A stretch of 64,000 bases of DNA from the NCBI GenBank assembly GCA_951406725.2, contig OX597826.1, positions 50,654,001-50,718,000 on the forward strand. Direction: 5' to 3'. Positions 41,433 through 54,455 of this stretch are shown piece after piece. Below the pieces are notes generated by a model. It was not told the origin of the DNA. It ran no database searches and worked only from the letters and a program-made list of their open reading frames with translations. The first letter of the stretch is position 1. Each line of letters opens with the position of its first letter. The position numbers and the translations under genes were made by a program. Origin of the DNA: Octopus vulgaris. Taxonomy: Eukaryota.

Positions 41433-44400
41433 GCAACTAGATCTCCCTCAATCACAGTGTACTGGCTTAAATAAAGAACGATACAATGAACAGAATATCA
41501 AAATATCATTATCCAACAGATGGTTTCCCTAATGTTCTGGTGAAGGTGAGGAAAGTACCCATTTATAGTTGGTCCCAGTCCCCATCCACCCTGTCATAAG
41601 TTGAACACTTCTGATGATAGCTTTGTTCAATCAGAACTGACTTTGGGTGGAGTAAACAACATGTAGGACCCATCAACTTTGGACTAAAACATTCTAAATG
41701 CCATAAATTAATGATAGATCCATGGGAAACCTAAAACAAACTAGAATGTTGTTCATAAAAATACATATAAAATATAAAAACTCCAAATGATTTAATCTGG
41801 CATTTTACCACCACCACCACCTCCTCGCCCTCCTCCTCCTCAATCTCTCAGGGCCATTTTAGCAGCATTAAAAACTCCTAGGCAAATCAGTGCACTGGGC
41901 CTTATATGTATTTATTGACAGAAAGCCACAACATATATAGATTAAAATTCCCCCTAGACCCGTGAGGCCACTAACTACCCAGTATACTCATGCCTGGAGA
42001 TAGCACTACCACCACTACCCTATCTGCTATTACTTTTAGCAATAAATATTTTTTAGTCTGAAATATTAAAAGGTTTCTCATTGACTGTCAACAACAATTA
42101 TTTTTTTTGTTCTGAAGAAATTTAATTTATTAATTAATTAAATAATATCAAAGATAAGTCAAAGTAAATTCAGTATAACAAAGGATGTTGTTCATCTTAA
42201 TTCTTTTGAAACCAACCCACCTAAGGCTATCACCTCTGGCTTCATAGTACAATACACTAATCTTCAAAGGATTCATATAAGAATTAAAAAAGTTTTCTGT
42301 TATAATTTTATGTAAGAATTTTAATTTTAGTTTCATTACAAATACCAACTTAATAATTGTTTCTGATAAAGACACAGGACCTGAAATTTATGGGAGAGAG
42401 GGCTAGATGATCATCCTCCCTCCCACCCAGTATTTTGACTGGTACTTTATTTTATTTACCGTGGGAGGACAATAGCCATAAATGACATTCACAACATTTG
42501 AACTCAGAACATAAAATGCCATAACTAAATACTGCAAAGTATTCTGTCCAATGCCCAAACAATTCTGCCAACCAATCACCCTGATATAAAAGTAAATGAT
42601 ATTTAGTCTGATGATCTACTGACATGATGGCAATGTTTAATAGTTCATTAAGCATTTAATTATTTTGAAAATTAAATTAAGCCATGGATGGTATATGTTG
42701 TGAGAAGTATGGCCACAAAAGGTTTAAACAAAATATGACATTGTAATTTCTTTCCTGTCATATTGTTGCTTTGTCCCAGGTGAGGTTTGATCAAGCAGAC
42801 CTATGAACTATCAAAGACATTCCAGTTGTGACCATCTCATCTTGTTTATATATCCAAGACTACACTGTCCAATGAAGGGTCCTTCATTTATTATATTTTT
42901 TAAGATGGTAAGGTGTGGTCTGAAAGATATATGGCTCCCTAGATTGGTAGTTAGCTCCAAGTTAGCCCAGATTGAACAGACCATGATAAAAGACATTCCA
43001 GTCCTTGTTTATTTATGTTTGTTGGCTAACATAAAATATCTGGGATTACATTATCCAGTGAGTGAGAGCATCTATGTGGTGACTCAATCTGCTTGACATA
43101 ACAGCTAAATATCTCTCACCTCTCATCCTGCCATGATTTTCTTGTAGATGTTAATACATAGATGTTTAAACTGGGGATTAACCTTATTGATGTCCCCAGT
43201 TCAGGAGGACTGACATTTAAAGATGCAACCCTTTCTCTCTAGACTCACCAATAGAAAAATTACTTTCTAAGACATTAAAAGACATTTGATTTTAGTTGCC
43301 TTTCTTTTATATCTTTGTTTAACTGTAGAAAAAAAAGGAATGTTCTTAGCTTTTGAAGAACTTTATAGACTGAAATAAAACTGAGTGTGTTTGTTGCAAC
43401 TATGTAAAAATTAAATTTTTGGTTTGGGCAAGGTGAGAGAGAGTTCCAGAGAAGTTCAAGATAGAAGAGTGTGGAATTAAGTAAAAATGTTGGCATGAAA
43501 GATAGTCAAGAAGATGTCAGACACAGTGATATAAATTTATTCTTTGGTGGCATTGCGCTAGACCTTGCTCTAATTGCTGAGTCGCTATCAGAACTGGAGG
43601 AGAAGTTTCAGGTGTGGAAACAAGGATTAGAATCGAAGGGCCTCAGAGTCAATCTAGCTAAAACCAAAGTCGTAATCAGTAGGAAGGTAGACAAATCACA
43701 AACGCCTTCAGGTAGATGGCCCTGCTCGATCTGTAGAAAAGGTGTAGGTAGAAACTCTATAAGATGCACCAAGTGTAAGCTATGGACACATAAGAGGTGC
43801 AGCAATGTCAAAGGAAGGCTAACTAGGAAGATGGTTTTGTATGTGGCAGATGCTCAGGAACAATAAACACTGAAAATGCTCTGAGACCAACTTCCGTCAC
43901 TTTCCAGGGAGAAAAACTAGAAATAGTTGATAGTTTCCGTTACCTAGGTGACCAAGTCAGCAGCGGGGGCGGGTGTGCTGAAAGTGTAACTGCTAGAGTA
44001 AGAATAGCTTGGGCAAAGTTCAGAGAGCTCTTACCTCTGCTGGTGACAAAAGGCCTCTCGCACAGAGTGAAAGGCAGACTGTATGATGCGTGTGTACGAA
44101 CAGCCATGCTACATGGCAGTGAAACATGGGCCATGACTGCTGAGGATATGCGTAAGCTCGCAAGAAATGAAGCCAGTATGCTCCGATGGATGTGTAATGT
44201 CAGTACTCATACTCGGCAGAGTGTAAGTACCTTGAGAGAAAAGCTGGACCTAAGAAGCATCAGTTGTGGTGTGCAAGAGAGATGTTTGCGCTGGTATGGT
44301 CATGTGGCAAGAATGGATGAAGATAGTTGTGTGAAAAAGTGCCACACCCTAGCGGTTGAGGGAACCTGCGGAAGAGGCAGACCCAGGAAAACCTGGGATG

Positions 44401-45885
44401 AGGTGGTGAAGCACGACCTTCGAACTTTAGGTCTCACTGAGGAAATGACTAGAGACCGAGACCTCTGGAAGTGTGCTGTGCGCGAGAAGACCTGGCAGAA
44501 CAAGTGAGTCCATAACCTGTGGCCTTCTACATGGGATGGAGCCAGCCTACGTATGCATACCTTCCCTTCTTGGGACACAAAACTCTACTTGTGAAGACCT
44601 GTTGAGGCAAGTGAGGATCAGAATCGAAATCGATCAATGGAAATTGCAGATGTGTTACCAGTGCCGGTGGCATGTAAGAGAACCTTCCGTTTCGCGACCG
44701 TTACCAGCGCCGTCCCGACTGGCCTCGTGCCGGTGGCACGTAAAAAGCACCATCCATTTGTGTCCATTGCCAGCCTCGCCTGGCCCCCGTACCGGTGGCA
44801 CATAAAAAGCACCATCCGTTCGTGGCGGTTTGCCAGCTCTGTCTGGCACCTGTGCAGGTGGCACGTAAAAAGCACCCACTACACTCACGGAGTGGTTGGC
44901 GTTAGGAAGGGCATCCAGCCGTAGAAACACTGCCAGATTTGACTGGGCCTGATGAAGCCTTCTGGCTTCACAGACCCCAGTTGAACCGTCCAACCCATGC
45001 TAGCATGGAAAACGGACGCTAAACGATGATGATGATGATGATTATTATCATTAGCGATTGACAAATGATCAAAATAAAATATTTTAAAATTTTTTCCAAG
45101 AATTATAATGCAATGTCCCAGAATGACCATAGCTGTGATGACTTAACTGACAAAATGAACAAAGATTACATAATAATTTTGCTATTTACTTACTGCAAAA
45201 TGTTTTTTTTTCTTTTTGATCTTTTTATTTTTCATTCCTGACAATTTGGGATATTCTTTGAAAAATAAAAGATTAAAATCATGGCAAAAATATTTCCAAA
45301 CTATTTATTTTTAATTTTTTGCAATTCTGAAGAAGAAAATTATTTTGCATGGATTGTGGTTATATTGCAACAGGCAAAGACAAAATAAAAAAAAACTGTC
45401 CAAGAAAAAAAATCTGTCCTCATTAGCTTCAAAACATACTGAAAAATTATTTTAAAAATCAACTGCTTTTTCATTATCAGTTTTTTTCTAAATAAATTAA
45501 AATATTAATCTTACAATGCTTTTGTTTTAAATATTTATTTTTAAAATATTCTCATGTCTTCAACGTTTTGTTTCTTACTTTCACTAAATAAATGGTAAAT
45601 CAAGGACTTTTAGCTGCCATAAGTCACAATCAAAACCTTGTTCCATCTATGACACCACCACACTCATGTTCACTCATATCTCAACACTGATGAAATGTTG
45701 GTATTTAGAAAATGTGCTGAAAATTATGAACGAAATTTGAGCTTTATGCATGTGTTTTTTGTTTTATTTTTCCAGTTTCACTGGTTTCCTCATATTGTAG
45801 GAGAGAGAGAGAGGAGAAATGTTATTAACATACTGATATTTGAACTCTAAAAAAAACAAAAAAACGAACAAGTCTAACTCCAGTA
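41433..45885 (+). repeat. 3 kb direct duplication, copy 2 (with 1.5 kb LINE insertion)
   Basis: Matches 33289-36313 apart from the insertion at 43561-45041. Confidence 0.95.
43561..45041 (+). mobile_element. 5'-truncated RTE-clade non-LTR retrotransposon
   Basis: Begins at the end of the YADD motif (DLALIAESLSELEEKFQVWKQGLESKGLRVNLAKTKV); then Cys-rich finger, FRYLG, MLHGSETW, LRWYGHVARM, RGRPRKTW; frameshift near 43835; 3'UTR subrepeats and (GAT)n tail. Confidence 0.92.
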
Positions 45886-46501
45886 AGACCTGATCTTTCA
45901 CGAAGCAGTTTTAAATAAACACTGTAAGTCATATAGCCATGTATTTTACTATATATCTGTCATCTCACCATCCTTTGTGTGATAAAACATATGTCATCTA
46001 TTTAAATGTCAGTATATTACACAGGCTGTGTGGTAAGAAGCTTGCTTCCAAACTGCATGATACTAGGTTCAGTCCCACTGCATGATACCCTGGGCAAGTG
46101 TTTTCTACTACAGTCTTGGACCAACCAAAGCTGTGTGAGTAGATTTTGCACAATGAAATTGAAAGGAGTCCATTGTATGTGTGTGTGTGTTATTGTCTCT
46201 TTATGTTCACATTGCTAAGTAGTTGTAAATGAGTATCACCTTCATGCAGGTGGTGTCTTTTGTTTCCAGTCTTTCACTAAAACATGTCTGGTCATGGAGA
46301 AGTACTACTTTGCCTGGAAAAAGGGTTGGTGAGAGGAAGAGCATCTGGCCGTAGGAAATCTGACGTTAAACCAATAATGATGATGATAATGATGATGATG
46401 AGGAGGAAGAGGAGAAGATAAGTGCTATTGAGTAATTATAAGCTGTTGTCAAGCAAAGCTTGCAATGAAGGTTCAATTCACAACTGAGCTATTTACTCCT
46501 A

Positions 46502-46723
46502 CCCTTTTGTTACTGTATTTATTTTGAGATGCTCTGTGTTTCTTTCAATTAATTTTAAATATAACAAAGAATTTAGTAAAATAACTTAGTTATCATTAAG
46601 CTAGTGTCAGGAACATAAATTGTGACTAAGGTTTGGTGGAAGATTTTAATTCAAAACTTATGAAAACGAGACATTTGTACTACAGAGCCAGAGCCGGTTT
46701 TGGCCGGGTTGGTAACGAAAGGG
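46502..46723. mobile_element. piggyBac-type MITE (second family)
   Basis: CCCTTTTGTTAC...GTAACGAAAGGG-TTAA; degenerate relatives at ~55110-55640 and ~56260-57356. Confidence 0.7.
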
Positions 46724-47100
46724 TTAACTCTTTCAGTTCTGAATTCACAAAATCACTTTTTTAAACATAAAATACTTTTTAAAGTTGCTTTTATATGAAA
46801 CTCATGAACCCGGAACCATGTCCTACACCTATAAATGATGATGATGGTTTAGTAGAAAAAAAAAACTTAGTACCAAGTTAACCAAGTAATACACAGTGAG
46901 ATGGAATCAAGAGCCGTCTTGTTGCAACAGGAAACCTCCTAAGCACACATCCATGCCTGTGTCCACTCAAAACACCCAACAGTTTATCTCAAAGGACTAA
47001 ACATGTTTACATGTCCCTAACAAATTACATCTTATGCTGTATAGGAAAAGGTAAAGTTTTATCAGAATTATGTTTGACTTCAGAGAAACCTATATATATA

Positions 47101-47545
47101 TCATCATCGTTTAGCATCCACTTTCCATGCTAGCATGGGTTGGACGGTTCAAATGGGGTCTGGGAAGCCAGAAGGCTGCACCAGGTCCCAGTCTGATCTG
47201 GCAATGTTTCTACGGCTGGATGCTCTTCCTAACGCCAACCACTCCGTGAGTGTAGTGGGTGCTTTTTACGTGCCACCGGCACAGGTGCCAGACAAGGCTG
47301 GCAAACGGCCACAATCGGATGGTGCTTTTTACGTGCCACTGGCACGGGGGCCAGGCGAGGCTGGCAATGGCCACAATTGGATGGTGCTTTTTATGTGCCA
47401 CTGGCACGAGGCCAGATGGGGCGGCGCTGGCAACGGCCACATTCGGATGGTTCTCTTATATGCCACCGGCACTGGTATCACAGCTGCAATTTCCATTGAT
47501 GTTGATCGATTTCGATTTTGATTTTCACTTGCCTCAACAGGTCAA
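47101..47545 (-). mobile_element. RTE LINE 3'UTR-only copy
   Basis: Reverse complement of ~44595-45041. Confidence 0.8.
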
Positions 47546-47938
47546 TATATATATATATACAATATATATATTGTAATATCTCAGCAGAATTAGTTATAGC
47601 AGTAACATGTAGTAACTCTGTAAAGTGGTTGACATTAATAAGCAAAATATTGGAGCTCAACATGGTCATCTGGCTCATCAGATACTGGCACTTCATTTGT
47701 TTTGACAGGTGTTGCAGTTGATCTGATCAACGGAACAGCCTACCTGTGAAATTAATCTGGAAGTAACTGAGTACTCCACAGACGTGCATACCTTTAACAT
47801 ATTTCTCAGGGACATTCAGCATGGCACACAATGTAAGCCTAGTACTTTTTCTATTGGTCTCTTTTTTTTGCCGAACCACTAAGTTACGGGAATGTAAACA
47901 CACCAGCATCAGTTGTCGAGCGATGGGGGGGGGGACAA

Positions 47939-47981
<43 letters not shown>

Positions 47982-48692
47982 TATAATCAACAGGCTTCTT
48001 TCAGTTTCCGTCTACCAATCCACTCACAAGGCTTTGGTCGGCCCGAGGCTATAGTAGAAGACACTGAACCCGGAACCATGTGGTTGGTAAGCAAACTACT
48101 TACAACACAGCCACTCCTGCGCCTCTGTTGAGAATATGGATAATATTACAGGAACCAGTGTATGTATTGGTTTCAAGTTTTGGCACAATGCCAGCAATTT
48201 CTGCGAGGGGGATAAATTAAATACATTAACCCCAGTGCTCAACTGGTATTTGTTTTATTGACCCTGGAAAGATGAAAGGTTAAAGTTGCCCTTAGCGGAA
48301 TCTGAACCAGCATATGCATTGCCATTTGTAAGTTGTGAAGTGGCTTAAGTTTCGATGAGATTCATTCCAGTATTCTTTTAACTGCTTCATGGAGCAGATA
48401 ATGAAATTCTCTCAGACTTTTCCATAACAGGGAAGAATATCCTGATTTAATTACAAAGAATAAGTGAAATGAGAAAGGTACTTACATTTTCATGGATAGC
48501 TCACTCTTGCAGTAGTGGTGTTGATGTCAATATTGGTGGTAATTTGTTATTGCTGTCAGCCATGAGAGTATAAATGAAATTCCATTGTAGGGGGAAATAT
48601 TCTTTTAAAACTGGTATGAATGGTACTAAGCTGATGAGTACAAGGTGTTTTTCTTATTTGTAAAAGAAGGAAAAACTGTTTGCTGATGTTAC

Positions 48693-48730
<38 letters not shown>

Positions 48731-48734
48731 CAAC

Positions 48735-49423
48735 CTGGGCCACAGCAACAAAGTCCACCTGCCACACTTGATAGTCCATCACTGCCTCAAGGTCCTGGAT
48801 ACATTCCAGGACAGTGTCTGCAATCAAGTTGTCGATGCAAGTGCGACAAAGTTTTCCTCTTCTTACATCACCATGAAGTGGGTTCCATAAGACTGATTTG
48901 GATGCCAGGAGTTCAAAGTGGCACACACAGTGACCAGATAGTCACAGCTGTCTTTGCCTGATCTTCTTGCTAACTTTCAAGCAGTTCTCCATAAAGGCAC
49001 TTGTTTGTCATATGTTGTTGCCATTTCATATTTAGGGCTCTTGTAGCATCCTTATGTAGCAGCCATCTAACCTGTTTGATAATTTCTTTGTCAGTATCCA
49101 TGTATCACTGCCATATAATAGCATTGATATGACAGTTGCCATGAACAAATCTGCCTCATCTTGCTGTTATAGGCTTTTTTTAGTTCAGCATGGTTGCAGG
49201 GATAACATAAAGGCACTTGTTTGTCATATGTTGTTGCCATTTCGTATTTAGGGCTCTTGTAGCATCCTTATGTATCAGCCATCTAACCTGTTTGATAATT
49301 TCTTTGTCAGTATCCATGTATCACTGCCATATAATAGCACTGATATGACAGTTGCCATGAACAAATTTGCCTGATCTTGCTGGTATAGCCTTTTTTAGTT
49401 CAGCATGGTTGCAGGGAAAACAT
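48735..49423 (-). mobile_element. Degenerate RTE-like LINE 3' fragment with an internal 216-bp tandem duplication (48990-49205 / 49206-49421)
   Basis: Minus strand LASKSVLWNPLHG..RRGK..TCID-like C-terminus and (TAA)n tail; duplicated unit starts CATAAAGGCACTTG. Confidence 0.65.
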
Positions 49424-50868
49424 TCAATAACACATTTTAAAGGATTTTCTGCACCCAGAACATCTTGCTGGTGACCATGTTTGATGAGAGTGGGATGAAG
49501 ATCAACTCCTCTCATGATAAAATTTAAAAAAACAAAATTGCTAGAAAAGCCATGAAAAACATGAAAACTGGTACTGGAATATCAATACTTGCTAGTATAC
49601 TGCTGTTGTTATCCTGGCGGAACACCCAGTAAATATTTGCAAAGTATGTTACTCTTTACTCTTTTACTTGTTTCAGTCATTAGACTGTGGCCATGCTGGA
49701 GCACCACCTTTAGTCGAGCAAATCGACCCCAGGACTTATTCTTTGTAAGCCTAGTACATATTCTATCGGTCTCTTTTGCCGAACTGCTAAGTGATGGGGA
49801 CGTAAACACACTGCCATCGGTTTTCAAGTAATGTTGGGGACACACAGACACAAGCATATACACACACACATACATATATATACGATGGCCTTCTTTCAGT
49901 TTCCATCTACCAAATCCACTCACAAGGCTTTGGTCGGCCCAAGGCTATAGTAGAAGACACTTGCTCAAGGTGCCATGCAGTGGGACTGAACCCAGAACCA
50001 TAGGTTGGTAAGCAAGCTACTTACCACACAGCCACTCCTATGCCTATGTTGCAAAGAAATAATTCATCATAAGCATCCCTATTGGGTAACAATTCTAGAA
50101 GAAAACACAACACATTTACACCACAGAATAGGGTAGTTAGATGCCATTATAAAGTATAAAGTTGGTGGTAAGTTCACAACATACAAGAACACCTCCTGAG
50201 AAAGCTAACGAAAATGTACAGAGATAGTATTCCAAGTGTTGAGGTAAATTTAATAATCTTGAAACACCAACTCAAGGCTCACAATAAAACATTCTGCCAC
50301 TGCAAAAAAATATTACAGCAAACTAGGATACAAGTTTGCTTTTAACTTACAAACTGTATGCAAAGACACTAGGGAGGAAAATATTGCAAGAAGAATCCCT
50401 TCCCAGGGAGATCTAAAATCATTCTGGTTAAATGAAAGACTCCAAACTGTAATATGGGTAGACATATCAATATCAACAGTAAAACATACAATTGATGTCA
50501 AAACTTTACCCAATGCTGTGGGAAAGCTAGATAATAGGAATACATCAGGAAGAGACTCTAAAGTCAGCTACAGTTATAAGGCACTGACATTTTATAGATA
50601 GCCATTTTATACATGTTTCAATAAACTATGGAAGACCAGAGAGACATACTGAATTGATTTGCCATAATACTAGCAAACTTTGTGGCCAAGAAGAAAAACA
50701 TTGCTTTGACAGAGAATAACATGAAACAAAAGTGTATTTTGCACTAAAAAGCCAATATGAGAGTTGCTCTCATGGTAACTACCGCAGTGTAGTTTGTTCT
50801 AATAGAACATCTACACTGAAGTTGGGATAAATATTACCTCTTGGTATTAATACTGTCTCTATTGCTAA

Positions 50869-51217
50869 TCTCTCTATATATAAAGTTGAAGTTGTCTGTG
50901 TATGGCAGGTTTGGTAGCCTTCAACTAACACTATTTCCTCTGAGACCCTGCGGTGCAAGTTGACCAAAATTGAGAGTATGATAGAAAAAGGCTTGCTCTT
51001 CATTCCATAGAAGAAAAAATTCAAATCGGACCATGTTAACACCAAAAATCATTTACATCAAAAAGTGCTTTTTTTCTATGAAAATCCCTATTTTTTACGA
51101 TTTTTTGACTGCTGTGTCGCCATTTTTCGGTGTATTTCAACCAGAAAAATGTTCACTTAAAAATTCCAATTCTAAAGGGTTGGAACAAACTCGAGCAATG
51201 CTGGACGATAGTGCTAG
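50869..51217 (+). mobile_element. Non-autonomous Helitron
   Basis: A|TCTCTCTATATATAAAG 5' end; 3' GC-rich element followed by CTAG|T; no TSD. Confidence 0.7.
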
Positions 51218-52004
51218 TATATATATATTTTTGATAAGTTAACTGGCTAATTGCAGCTGTCTTTAGCAGTCGAGTGTCCATCATTTACAAGACCAAACAA
51301 AGTTGAAATCACATAATCTGGTGGTCTTGGCACTGGAGTTAGCAGGGATTTATCTCCCCAGTTGAGATATAAACAGGAGTGTATTTGGCACTATTATGGG
51401 AGTTGCTCTCATGTTAACTTCCACAATAAAGTGTGTTCTAATAGAACTTACAGTGATAGAGTTTAGTTGCCCTGCAGGTGTGAACATCTCTTCCAAAGTC
51501 AGAGTAAAAGAGAATATCCGTAGAAAATTCTTTGAAGCCTGTAGCTCCTTTAACAGGATTATAAATTTATAAATCCTAGAGAATATAAGATTTTCATGTA
51601 GAGACTGGCTAACATGAACTTTACACACAATCTGCAAGTGAAACTGTAAAAATATGCAAGACTTTCCTAAAGTTCAATATGTTATAATAATCATTCTTAT
51701 CCAAACTCCAATTATTGATCTTTTGTACCTTTGTTAGAAACCTATTCCTTTTAGAAAGAATGGTAATAAGTCAAAAGACATACAGACAAAAAGAAAAGAA
51801 AACAAACAAATAAAGAAAACAAAACTCAAGTTACATTTTGGAAGATTTTTATATATAATTTAAAAATATAGATAACAACAAGTGAAGAATTTGTAATATT
51901 TAACAACTAAAGAATGGATATGAGAAGAAAATGGCCAAGGGAAATGGGACATCTGAAATGGAATATTTATGTTTGTCTGTGTTTATATATATATGACAAT
52001 TATT

Positions 52005-52225
52005 CGGTAGCCATGATAAAAAACTCCGAGTTTTGGATGCCGAGGTGGAAATCCATGCCACCATCTCTTCAGTTATCCGGCCATTATCCGGAAAACTGAA
52101 GAGATGGCGGCGTGGATTTCCATCTTGGCATCCGAGGCATTTTTTTGATGGCCGGATAACTGAAGAGATGGCAGCATGGATTTCCACCTCGGCATCCGAA
52201 ACTTGGAGTTTTACCATGGCTACCG
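52005..52225. repeat. Fold-back element with three copies of a hammerhead-like unit
   Basis: CGGTAGCCATG...CATGGCTACCG termini, ~78-bp arms and a partial third copy in the loop; CTGAAGA at 52096 and 52160. Confidence 0.8.
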
Positions 52226-52229
52226 TATA

Positions 52230-52293
<64 letters not shown>

Positions 52294-53299
52294 TGAGTGA
52301 GTGTGTACATTTGTGGTTGAGTGTATGTAGAAACTGGAGTCCAGAATGAAGTAAGTAAAAGAGAGGGCTTTCTCTCCAGGAGTATTGTTTTCAGTATTGT
52401 TCAATGTGAGAACAAATTGTAAGAAGGAAGATTCAGCAAAATTGGGAGAAATTATCTTTGAAAAGACTCATTTTTATATTTGAAGATTTGTCTGACAGTT
52501 TGTGTTTTAGATTTTCGTTGTTGAATGAATCACAGCATTTGAAAATTAGCTCTATTCCATAAGTAAAAGTGAGAAACTTTTCTCCAGGTGCTCTAGAACG
52601 AGTTTTTGTTTCAACAACAGCAGCACCACTATCTGTTCTTCTTGGAGAGCATCAGTCAACAGAATTCAAACTGTGTTTGGAACTTTGAGGAGGAGACCTG
52701 CTGACATAAGTTTCCATCATTTACTTAGATCTCTGAGACTATTTGAGAATTAAGTAGTATATTTGCTGTTATAGACTTGACAGAATTGGTAGAGATGCAA
52801 ATATTAGGAGATTAAATGAAGATGTGTTGTGTGAGATATTGATGTAGGATGAGATGTAAGTGGGGTTGAGGTAATTATCCAAGAATCCAGCCATATTGTA
52901 ATGTGTCGGGGAAACTGGGGAAGAGATATGTCAGTACAGTTTCTAGTCGGGTTAGAAAATGGTAAATACAAAGGATGACTTTGGAAGGGTTAGAAATTGA
53001 AAGAAATGGAAGGCTTCGTTGTAACCAACTAATGCAGATAGGTGGCATGATACACAAACTGTATCTAACCACCTTCTTTATCTTTTGTGAAGAACCTGTA
53101 CTAGAGGGCATATTATGAATGTCAGAGAGGAGGAGGAAATTGAGGGCAGGGATGCTAGGTTTGTGTCTAAGAAGGAATGAATTAATGTTATGGTAAAAGA
53201 GTAGGGATCACATGCTTTGGCTTGGATAAGGTGAAAGGGTTAAAATGTAGCCCAGTAGAAATCAATTTTACACCTTATCATTACAGATGAACAGACACA

Positions 53300-53640
53300 T
53301 AGAAGACCTCCTTTGATCATGAAAGACCATGGGATTGCACCTAGGAAGTTACCCTCCGAGGCACAAGTTTGAGCAAAGTTGCTTGGGGAAGGCCAGCAGT
53401 TTCCCATGCATTCCAACCTCCTCTCTCCACACCACCAGTGTTATCCAAGGGAAAGGCAAAGACCTATACAGCTTGGCACCAGTGACATTGTAACTTATTT
53501 CTATAGCTGAGGGAACTGGAACAATGTGAAATAAAGTGTCTTGCTCAAGAACACAGCACACAGCCTGTTCCGGGAATCAAACTCACTACCTTATGATTGT
53601 CAGCCCGATGCTCTAACCACTGAGCCATCTGCCTTCACAA
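53300..53640 (-). mobile_element. tRNA-derived SINE
   Basis: Minus-strand head TGGCTCAGTGGTTAGAGC...GTTTGATTCC, followed by the GTGTTCTTGAGCAAGACACT core. Confidence 0.7.
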
Positions 53641-54204
53641 CAAAACATACACATAACCTAGTAGATATGTGTGTGTATATGGGTTTATAATTTTCATTAT
53701 CATTATCACCAACACCATCATCTTTCAACTACATCTAGGATGGATGAATGGGTCCCCATTACATTCAACAATGAGAAAATTCAGTTGTTCAATCAACTGA
53801 ACTACCTGTTCATTGGATAAGTGTGTAAGTGGCAGAGTATTCCACAGAAACATATAGCCTTATCTTAATTCTTTGGCAGTATTGATGCAACACAAAATAT
53901 GACAGCTGTACCTTTTGAATTACAGGTATCCAATGAGCTTCAATGCAGTTTCATTCATAACATATGGGTGAAACCAAGGTTTTCGAAAATGACATTTACT
54001 CAAAATTGCCATGCAGTGGAATTGAACCTGGGACCTCATGATTGTGTAGCAAACTTCATAATCATTTGACCACACTTCACTACAACTAGCACTAGTGTCA
54101 TTATTGAAAGTATTTACAAATTATTCACAAATACATACACAATCAACAAAGACATATGCATACAAATAAATATCTATATTTATGCATGTATATTTACACA
54201 ATGT

Positions 54205-54455
54205 GGAGGTGCGTGGCTTAGTGGTTAGGGTGTCAACATCATGATCGTAAGATTGTGGTTTCGATTCCTGGACCAGGCGACGCGTTGTGTTCTTGAGCAA
54301 AACACTTCATTTCACGTTGCTCCAGTCCACTCAGCTGGCAAAAATGAGTAACGCTGCGATGGATTGGCGCCCCATCCAGCTGGGGAACGCATACATACGC
54401 CATTGAAACCGGGAAACCGGACCCATGAGCCTGGCTAGGCTTTAAAGGGCACATT
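54205..54455 (+). mobile_element. tRNA-derived SINE (same family as 17439)
   Basis: Near-identical to 17439-17690. Confidence 0.8.

Noticed and set aside
41433-41445. Helitron 3' end (CTAG) closing the satellite
   Set aside because: This CTAG belongs to the duplicated host segment (also at ~33293), is followed by A, and there is no 5' TC at the other junction.
36866-41455. Long ORFs (up to 669 aa) rich in RMRS/AHAQ/RACA
   Set aside because: All three minus frames are open because the satellite unit lacks stop codons on that strand; indels shuffle frames freely.
43471-43866. Novel 131-aa gene
   Set aside because: Chance in-frame fusion of host sequence to the truncated LINE RT.
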